From IMG/VR virus record IMGVR_UViG_3300037692_000177, positions 1 to 31,519 of that record: a stretch of DNA of 31,519 nt. One strand, given 5' to 3'. Numbering within the stretch: the stretch's first letter is position 1; every line of letters begins with the position of its first letter. This stretch comes from a virus (lineage: Duplodnaviria > Caudoviricetes). A model generated the notes under the pieces. It did no database searches. It was not told the origin of the DNA and saw only the letters and a program-made list of their open reading frames with translations. Both the position numbers and the translations under genes were made by a program. Shown piece by piece: positions 24,939-31,519 of the stretch.

Positions 24939-25772
24939 TTAAATGGCCGATGCGTCATGCAGGAACTGCACGATGCCGGATTGCTGAAGGAGTTTGGCAC
25001 CGGTGAACGATGACGCGCGGGCATAGGAATAGTCCTGCTCGTCATTGTAGCCGATTGCCGTGTTGAGACCTTCACCGCTGTCGAAGGCACTTCCCATCGC
25101 ATCGCGATGATAGAAGTAGCACTTCTCCGATGCGGTTCCGACGCCGGTGAGGTTCGGATGAAAGATCCAATTGAACCCGCCCCAACGCATGGTGCGACGT
25201 GCAGGCCCTGCCAGATACTTCATATCGACATAGTCGATCTTGATACCTTCCGGGATCTGCATGAAGTAGCCGCGCACCGCAGGGCTGCAGACGGCGAACA
25301 TCTTATCCTGCTCATCGACAGGAACCTCGGCTTCACCCAAGGTCGTCATCGCCTTCGCGACAGCGGCCAGGGAGAACGTGGTTGCTGCACCCAGATTGGC
25401 CGTCGCCGTGTCGAGCTGAGCGATGATGTCAGCGTCGATGCGACGATTGAGCACCTTGCGGGTGGTTTCCTGCATCAGGCGCTTCTGATCGCCCTGAGAC
25501 TGGAAGATGTTGAACCGGGTCTTACGAACGAGGTCGTGGAACTCGGTCAGTGTCGCGGCCGGCTGGCTCATATTATCGGCGCGAGCCGGGATGAGACCAT
25601 TGATGCCGCGAGTTACGGCTGACGCACCGCCGGAGTCTCCGACGATGAACGTAGCCGTGTTTCCTTTGACGACGGCTTCAGTCACGGTAGTCTGGCGGAG
25701 CCAGGACATACCTTCTTCAAATCCCATCACCAGCTGCTGGCGATATTGGATCTGCGGCGCACTCTCAGCCAT
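24939..25772 (-). CDS. Major capsid protein (BPP-1-like)
   Basis: ATG at 25772 with AAGGAG RBS; QYRQQLVMGFE...LRQT, LNRRIDADII..L, WGGFNWI, YHRDAMG; located after the scaffold gene. Confidence 0.88.
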   Translation of the reverse strand: MAESAPQIQYRQQLVMGFEEGMSWLRQTTVTEAVVKGNTATFIVGDSGGASAVTRGINGLIPARADNMSQPAATLTEFHDLVRKTRFNIFQSQGDQKRLMQETTRKVLNRRIDADIIAQLDTATANLGAATTFSLAAVAKAMTTLGEAEVPVDEQDKMFAVCSPAVRGYFMQIPEGIKIDYVDMKYLAGPARRTMRWGGFNWIFHPNLTGVGTASEKCYFYHRDAMGSAFDSGEGLNTAIGYNDEQDYSYARASSFTGAKLLQQSGIVQFLHDASAI

Positions 25773-25973
25773 GTTATGGCATCTCCTTGATATTGCTTTG
25801 GAAATGCCGTCCGTTCGGTGAACCCTTTCCGACACGCTCGCGGGTTGACCCACTCACGAAGAGCAGGCGCCGTTTACGCATCCAAGAGCGCTAGTGACGG
25901 TCGATGGGGTAGTTTTGATCGTCTCCCTTGGCGCCGGCGAGCCGGGTTGACCAGGTGTGGCGATCGTGGTTGA

Positions 25974-27038
25974 TCAGGCTCTCGCCCGATTTTTTTCCTT
26001 CTCAAGAACATTGAGAAGTTCAAGCTCTCGCTTCTGAGTTACATCGCTCCAGTAGCGCTTTGGCTCTTCGGTGCGCATCTTCTGGATGGACGCGAGTTCG
26101 TTCTGGACGCTCATTACGCCGCCGGCTGAATCCTCAACGACGGAGCCGACCGGATTGACCTCCTGCGACAGGGCGACGAACATCCGGACGAGTTCCGGAT
26201 TGTTGGCGATGATCTGACCCGTCGCGCTATCGCGGCCGGTGATCATTTCCTCGAAGCCTTCGCGCCCGCGCGGATGAAACCGGTGCAGCGATGAGATATT
26301 GTTGATCACGCGATCGTATTTCGGACCCAGTTCCTCCTTGAGTTCGCGCGTGGAGGTCCGGAGGAATTCGTCGTCCTTCTGGTCTAGGTCAGCGGCCAAC
26401 TGCTCCTGCTGCTTCAGATACCAGTTGGCGGCTTTACTGACGACCTGCTGGGCGGATGTGGCACCGTGGACAGCTTCGAGAAAGCCGTTCATCAGGGGCT
26501 TATCCATCTCGCCGATGACGGCGCCGTTGGCGAGTTCGATCTGAGCGAACATCTCGCCGGGCTTTTCCGCCCAGCCGAAGGCCTTCTGGAATTCGGCGAG
26601 TTCTTCTGGCTTGGCATCCTTGCCGGGTAGTTTGACGAGCCCGCCGCGGTCGAACTTACCTTCGTATTCGCGAGCGAAGCCATAGACGCCGACCGGAGTG
26701 GAGAAGCGCTGGAGCCGTTTCAATTCCTTAGCATAGGCTTTCTGATCCTCGCCGGCCGTCTCCTTGGCCATCTTCTCGCGCCAGTCATCGGGCCAGTAAG
26801 GCTTCTGCTCGGCTTCCTTGGCCTTGTCGGTAGCATCCGGATCGGCGCCATTGAGCAGCGTCTTCGGCTTCCCGTCGGCGAGGACCGCCTTGGCCGCAGC
26901 GTCTGGCTGTGCCTTGGCGTCCGCCTGCGCGGCCTTATCGTCAGTGCTCTTGTCGCCCCCAGCATCGCCAGCGCCAGAATTGTCGCCCAGCAATGCGAGA
27001 TCGTCCGCGGAAAAACTCGGTGCGGCTTCGCCAGTCAT
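25974..27038 (-). CDS. Capsid assembly/scaffolding protein
   Basis: Acidic low-complexity N-terminus, WPDDWREKMA, LKEELG..YD, NNPELVRMF; between portal and capsid; ATG at 27038 with AAGGA RBS. Confidence 0.78.
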   Translation of the reverse strand: MTGEAAPSFSADDLALLGDNSGAGDAGGDKSTDDKAAQADAKAQPDAAAKAVLADGKPKTLLNGADPDATDKAKEAEQKPYWPDDWREKMAKETAGEDQKAYAKELKRLQRFSTPVGVYGFAREYEGKFDRGGLVKLPGKDAKPEELAEFQKAFGWAEKPGEMFAQIELANGAVIGEMDKPLMNGFLEAVHGATSAQQVVSKAANWYLKQQEQLAADLDQKDDEFLRTSTRELKEELGPKYDRVINNISSLHRFHPRGREGFEEMITGRDSATGQIIANNPELVRMFVALSQEVNPVGSVVEDSAGGVMSVQNELASIQKMRTEEPKRYWSDVTQKRELELLNVLEKEKNRARA

Positions 27039-27040
27039 GG

Positions 27041-27211
27041 TCAGTCCTTTGTGATGTTTTGCATGGCGGCCATCTTCTCGTCGCGGCACTTCATCGCCGC
27101 GGAAAAGCGCGTCTTGTCCTTCTTGATCTTCTCGGCTTCGACGAGCGTGTGCAGATCGCCTTCGGCCATGTATTTCTTCTCGTCGGCAGCGGTGCCGTAG
27201 GGTCCAGCCAT
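27041..27211 (-). CDS. 56-aa phage hypothetical protein missed by the ORF track
   Basis: ATG at 27211 with GAAGGA RBS; MAGPYGTAADEKKYMAEGDLHTLVEAEKIKKDKTRFSAAMKCRDEKMAAMQNITKD*; fills the gap between its neighbours. Confidence 0.7.
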   Translation of the reverse strand: MAGPYGTAADEKKYMAEGDLHTLVEAEKIKKDKTRFSAAMKCRDEKMAAMQNITKD

Positions 27212-27215
27212 CGGG

Positions 27216-27554
27216 TTATCCTTCTTCGCGGTATGGATTGCTGACAGGATTGATTTTCAGCTTCGTCAGTTTGACGATCTGCTGGCCGCTAAATCTGCGA
27301 CCTTCCATAAAGGCACCAATGCGGCCATTGGGATCATTCGCGACAAACGCATTTTCATAGGTCGCGCAGGCATGGTTGATAATCCAATCGAGAGCCCGCT
27401 TGCAGTCGAGCGGCGTCGGCGCAGGCGGCTCCTGACCGGGCTTCCATGGCGTTGTCGCGCCCATAGCAAAAAGGGCAATCGATTGGATTGCCCTAATGTC
27501 GTCGTCGGAATAGGCTGGCGGATGCCAGATCTCCTTGCGTTTACCGTCTGCCAC
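27216..27554 (-). CDS. Bbp19-like protein
   Basis: KRALDWII...AFMEGRRFSGQQI motif immediately after the portal. Confidence 0.75.
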   Translation of the reverse strand: MADGKRKEIWHPPAYSDDDIRAIQSIALFAMGATTPWKPGQEPPAPTPLDCKRALDWIINHACATYENAFVANDPNGRIGAFMEGRRFSGQQIVKLTKLKINPVSNPYREEG

Positions 27555-29238
27555 CTTGAACCACGCTCATCTTCGACTGTGCGCCCTGCTGAGGCGGCAT
27601 AACATCCGCTCCAGCCGTCATAAGCGCATCGAGGCCTTTGCCGCCTTGCTCGGCGATTTGGCCGATCTGAGCGGCCTCCTGTGCCATCTGAGCGGCTTCC
27701 TGATCCTGAGCCTGCTGCTCGCGGCGCGTATCGACGGCTTCCTTCGGCTTGAACCATTTGGCTTTCCAGCCGGCCGAGCGCATGGCGTCACGCGTGGCTT
27801 CGGCAAGATCAGCGGTCTCGATGAGAGATGGGTCAAGCTGCGCGCTCGGCATCAGGATACGGTCACGCACATCGACGAAGATGTCGGCTTCGTTCTGTTC
27901 GGCGAGTTCGTCGAGCGGCGAGCGGAACTTGAACTTGAGCTCGTGCCCCTGTAGGCTCTCCGGCATCTCGTCCATCGGGAAGACATTGTTTTCCAGGAGG
28001 ATCTGGAAAGTGCCGTCGCAAAGCGGATCGTTATATTCCTTCTGGATCGGCTTGGAGATCGGCGCCGCTGCCCGGATGTGCTCTTGGATACGCCGGCGAA
28101 CTTCGGTTGCCGTCATCGCCCGAGACGTTTCCGGCAACTGGATCTTGTCGAGGAAGAAGCCGGAGCGGATGTCTTCCTTAAGCGCCGATGCAATCTCAAA
28201 GCCGATCGGCATGCCGCCGCGGTCGCGCGTGACGGGACGCAGGACTTCGCCAAGCCGCTCATCATATTCGATGTCGGCATTGGTGATGCCACCGGCATAG
28301 AGCGCGATATCGCCACGGATGGCGTCACCGATCGCGAGCATGGGCGGATCGACGTACTTCTCGGCAGCTTCCCTAAGCGTTCGCATCACCACCTGAATGG
28401 TTCTGCCGTCAGGAAGCAGGATGCTCGTCGCCATTGAGCGGCCATAGACGGAGCCTGACACCACCTGCCATCGTGGGATGACGTAGCCGAGCCAGTTCTG
28501 GCCGACCTCTTCCAGCACCTTGTCGGTTTCGATCTCGACGAACAGCGAGACGAACGGGAAAGCCTTGCCGCCCTTGGATTTGTACTCATAGAGCCGTGAC
28601 GGCATGACGACGTGACGGCAACGGAAGATCTTGTCCGGCTCCTTCTCGCAGGCTTTCATCACCTGTTCGGAGACGTCTTTACCGAAATGGTGCTTCAGTT
28701 GCCGCGCCGTCGGACACCAATTGCGGTGAACGCAGTCGATGCGGCCCTCGGCATTCTCAGACCAAACCACATCGCGGAGATGGTAGTTGCGGTAGAGCAA
28801 CGCATCGCCCCTGACGTTGAGGCCATAGTTGATGACGCCATTGCCGAAGCTGGAAAAATCGTGGTTTGTCTGGCTTCTTGCCGTCACCAGATTGGCGCGC
28901 GCATCGTTCATCGCGCGCCACTGGATTTCCGTCAAACGCTCAAGGAAGCGCCGCTCTTCATCGCCCTCGTCAAGTTCCTCGTCATCGACATGGATCGACA
29001 GCCATTTTTCCGGGAATAGGAACTCGTCCAGCATGTTCCCGAGTTCGCGCCGGCAGAGCGACGGGTAGGACGAGAACAGGTGATCTGAATACTCCTCGCC
29101 CTCATTGCGCTTTGTGGTAAAATCCGCGCGATCTGGATAGAAGTTGAGGGCGATTTCCTGGTTGAGGCTGTCAACCTGCTGCTTGTCGCCGAAGAGCTTG
29201 TCGCCCTGGCTGACGATTTCCTTCGCCCTTGCGTGCAT
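27541..29238 (-). CDS. Portal / head-tail connector
   Basis: 565 aa after terminase; FYPDRADF, FGNG, PRW...SGSVYGRS, DPPM, IRSGFFLD, MTATEV..R are T7-type connector motifs. Confidence 0.92.
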   Translation of the reverse strand: MHARAKEIVSQGDKLFGDKQQVDSLNQEIALNFYPDRADFTTKRNEGEEYSDHLFSSYPSLCRRELGNMLDEFLFPEKWLSIHVDDEELDEGDEERRFLERLTEIQWRAMNDARANLVTARSQTNHDFSSFGNGVINYGLNVRGDALLYRNYHLRDVVWSENAEGRIDCVHRNWCPTARQLKHHFGKDVSEQVMKACEKEPDKIFRCRHVVMPSRLYEYKSKGGKAFPFVSLFVEIETDKVLEEVGQNWLGYVIPRWQVVSGSVYGRSMATSILLPDGRTIQVVMRTLREAAEKYVDPPMLAIGDAIRGDIALYAGGITNADIEYDERLGEVLRPVTRDRGGMPIGFEIASALKEDIRSGFFLDKIQLPETSRAMTATEVRRRIQEHIRAAAPISKPIQKEYNDPLCDGTFQILLENNVFPMDEMPESLQGHELKFKFRSPLDELAEQNEADIFVDVRDRILMPSAQLDPSLIETADLAEATRDAMRSAGWKAKWFKPKEAVDTRREQQAQDQEAAQMAQEAAQIGQIAEQGGKGLDALMTAGADVMPPQQGAQSKMSVVQGGRR

Positions 29239-29245
29239 CTGGATG

Positions 29246-29449
29246 TCAGGCCCCGAGCTTGGCGCCGCTTGAGCCAGTCGTCGCCTTGGTCATATCCGTC
29301 ATGATGGTGGACTGACGCCCCATCCGGCGCATGGCGCCTTCGCGGGTCCGCTGGGCTGCGGCCAAGATATTCGGGTCCGTCTCCGTTGGCATGCGAACGG
29401 GCTTTGGAGCTTCAGGCTTGGCAATTTTCGGGGAGAAGAGAGATCCCAT
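29246..29449 (-). CDS. Small virion protein preceding the portal
   Basis: MGSLFSPK..P.P...GRQSTIMT...KLGA pattern typical of this position; ATG at 29449 with AAGGA RBS. Confidence 0.72.
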   Translation of the reverse strand: MGSLFSPKIAKPEAPKPVRMPTETDPNILAAAQRTREGAMRRMGRQSTIMTDMTKATTGSSGAKLGA

Positions 29450-29528
29450 TATCGTTTTCCTTCTGGCTGGTAGACGCGCGAAGCACCGCCGCGTAAGCGA
29501 CGTTGAAAATGCGCAAGGGAGAACTGGA

Positions 29529-31142
29529 TTATCTGTGGCGGCGTTTGGCGTTCGGGTAGGCCAAGTGGACTTTGATCCCTCCTGACCGGCGACCGATTTC
29601 ACGTTTCACTGCCTGATTGCCAGGCGCAAGACACATAACAACGGCGTCGCCCTTGTCCGGCGAGCGGCCGAGGCGCTTCCTGATCTCGTCTTTGCTCTCA
29701 ATCTGGATGCCGTTCGTCTTCACTTCGAATGTCGGCGTTGCCAGATCAGCGAGAAGCTCCGGATCATCCGGAAGCGCGATCACTGAGCCACCTTCGCGAT
29801 CCGGATCCAACTCGCTGCGAAATTTAAACCAGGCTTCGGCACGAGCGTTTATGAAGCGCATGTTGTCGGCACCGATGTTCGTGGACTTGTTGGCGCCGTT
29901 GAACGCCTGATAGGCGATGCCGTTTTCCTTCAGTCTCGACGTGACGTCACCACCATAGCCGCCGCCCATATCGACGATGACAGGAGCATTCGCCCGGCGA
30001 TGAATGACGACACTTGCCGCCATTTCCGAAGCGCGTCTCAATGCACGTTCTGCGGCGGCGTTCTGGTCATCGCCATCCCGCGCCGCATCGACTTTGAGCG
30101 CCACAAGCGGCGCGTACCAGCCGCCATGCCGCCAAACGAGCACAGCGGCGTCCACACCGCCGCCGGCCGGGTCGAGCGCCATTGCCGTCATCTCATAGTC
30201 CCGCCAGCCATCGGGCTTCCAGCGGGCTTGCGCGGCCCTTACCCAAGCAGTCGGGATAAGCTGGCTGTCTGCATCCCGAAACTGTGTCTTGAAGCCGCCC
30301 ATGAGCAGCGAGCGGTACGGCTCCGGCAGCGCATCCAGTTGCCGCTCGTAATCGCTGTCGATATAGTACGGGTTGTCCTTCGTGGACGCTGGGATATAGG
30401 TCCGCGACGTTGGCCGGATGATCTTGCCGTTGATTTCGCGGACATCATCAGGTCCATCGACCCATTCGTCATTACCGTCGGCGTCTGAAATAACCCAGCG
30501 CAATTCGCCTGGCAGCGCCGGCCTCGGATAGCGGTCAGAAAGCCAAGGTGCGAACATCTTCACCACCCACAAGCCTTCAGCCTGGAGCGGCGGATTGGTC
30601 GCGAGCACAGTGCGGGTCCGCTGCCCCTTATCCTCCGTACGCACCCAGCCCATCATAAAACGAACTTGGCTCTCCGCAAATTGCGTGGCCTCATCGATCG
30701 CAAGCAAATCTCTCCCTTGCCCCATACTGCCCTGTTCGTCACCAATTCGGTGGGCGGCGCGGAAGTAGATCACCCGATCCTTATCGATCTTCAGTCGCGG
30801 TGGCGGCGATCCGTTATATCCATCGCGACTGCCATGGATCTTAAGTGCGTCCTCGATTAGCCGATCAAGGCCACCGTATTCTCGGCGCATGACCATGGTG
30901 CGCTTGTGCGCGTTGAAGGCGAGGCCGAGAATAAGTTGGCTCTTACCTCCTCCAGGTTGTCCTCCGTATAGTAGACAATCTGCGGACGAGTAATATGCAG
31001 CTTCCTGCGCTCCCGGATTGGGTTGCCACTTTCCAAGTCGCGCCTTGACCGCCGGCATATTCGCCAGCGCTTTGCGTTTCTCCGGCGAGAGCCCGTCTAT
31101 AAGACGCTCGATCGCTTGGAGATCAGCGAGGGTGGCTGTCAC
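29529..31142 (-). CDS. terL: Terminase large subunit
   Basis: Walker A YGGQPGGGKS, Walker B LLAIDEATQF, ATNPP coupling motif, nuclease ALDPAGGG.D and RSPDKGDA. Confidence 0.95.
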   Translation of the reverse strand: MTATLADLQAIERLIDGLSPEKRKALANMPAVKARLGKWQPNPGAQEAAYYSSADCLLYGGQPGGGKSQLILGLAFNAHKRTMVMRREYGGLDRLIEDALKIHGSRDGYNGSPPPRLKIDKDRVIYFRAAHRIGDEQGSMGQGRDLLAIDEATQFAESQVRFMMGWVRTEDKGQRTRTVLATNPPLQAEGLWVVKMFAPWLSDRYPRPALPGELRWVISDADGNDEWVDGPDDVREINGKIIRPTSRTYIPASTKDNPYYIDSDYERQLDALPEPYRSLLMGGFKTQFRDADSQLIPTAWVRAAQARWKPDGWRDYEMTAMALDPAGGGVDAAVLVWRHGGWYAPLVALKVDAARDGDDQNAAAERALRRASEMAASVVIHRRANAPVIVDMGGGYGGDVTSRLKENGIAYQAFNGANKSTNIGADNMRFINARAEAWFKFRSELDPDREGGSVIALPDDPELLADLATPTFEVKTNGIQIESKDEIRKRLGRSPDKGDAVVMCLAPGNQAVKREIGRRSGGIKVHLAYPNAKRRHR

Positions 31143-31306
31143 GAATGCGACCGGGTTTGATATTCAATTTCCGAACCATCGGCACTGACAATGATGTGGC
31201 GACAGTTCGGACATCCGTCGAGCGCGTTGTCGATGGCGGCGTCGCCATCAAACGGACAGACAGGCGGACCGGCGCACACGATGATTTCGGCGTCGTCATC
31301 TTCCAT
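31139..31306 (-). CDS. Small Cys-rich hypothetical protein
   Basis: CAGPPVCP...GCPNC; stop overlaps the terL GTG; ATG at 31306 overlaps the upstream gene end. Confidence 0.55.
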   Translation of the reverse strand: MEDDDAEIIVCAGPPVCPFDGDAAIDNALDGCPNCRHIIVSADGSEIEYQTRSHS

Positions 31307-31517
31307 TGATGACTTCCCAGTCCTGGCGCAGCCGTTCAAAGTCGCCTTGCTCCATGCCGTTTGCGGCGAAAAAATCGAAGCCCCAAGCTGAAGCCCAGGC
31401 GTACCGGGTCTCTCTCCTCACAGGCACACTCTCAATCCCAAGAGCGAGAGCGCAAGCCACGCGGTGACTTCCGTCGAGCAGTTCCCCGTTGGGATCGATC
31501 GGAATGGCGTACTCAGG
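31296..31517 (-). CDS. C-terminal part of a ParB/Sulfiredoxin-like protein (truncated by window edge)
   Basis: Translates as PEYAIPIDPNGELLDGSHRVACALALGIESVPV...WEVINGR*; LLDGxHR is the ParB/Srx motif. Confidence 0.7.
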   Translation of the reverse strand, partial: PEYAIPIDPNGELLDGSHRVACALALGIESVPVRRETRYAWASAWGFDFFAANGMEQGDFERLRQDWEVINGR

Positions 31518-31519
31518 CA

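Overview
The window is the late (morphogenesis and lysis) half of a GC-rich podovirus-like phage or prophage. Gene order resembles BPP-1/T7-type phages, and an alphaproteobacterial host is a guess from the gene families. On the minus strand it reads: ParB/Srx-like fragment, terminase large subunit, portal, Bbp19-like protein, scaffold, major capsid, small head proteins, tail tubular A and B, GNAT, three ejection proteins, tailspike, endolysin, spanins. Several accessory inserts interrupt this operon: an HNH endonuclease, a SAM methyltransferase, two small membrane proteins and a duplicated-boundary moron. The main observation is a self-contained cassette at about 16510-19014. It has a divergent XRE repressor with paired operators, a stand-alone RAMP/Cas7-like gene, an accessory gene, and a ~750-nt non-coding array of ~130 pentamers (GGY + variable NN on the minus strand). 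The array is split into ~10 units by a 4-nt phase slip, arranged as two sub-arrays that each begin with a conserved hairpin, and closed by a terminator. This looks like a non-CRISPR RNA-guided system, similar to what I recall being described as VIPR. Secondary observations are a likely +1 frameshift or indel at the start of tail tubular B and strong enrichment of the tripeptide DTG in outer virion proteins. All family calls come from reading motifs by eye; no searches were run.
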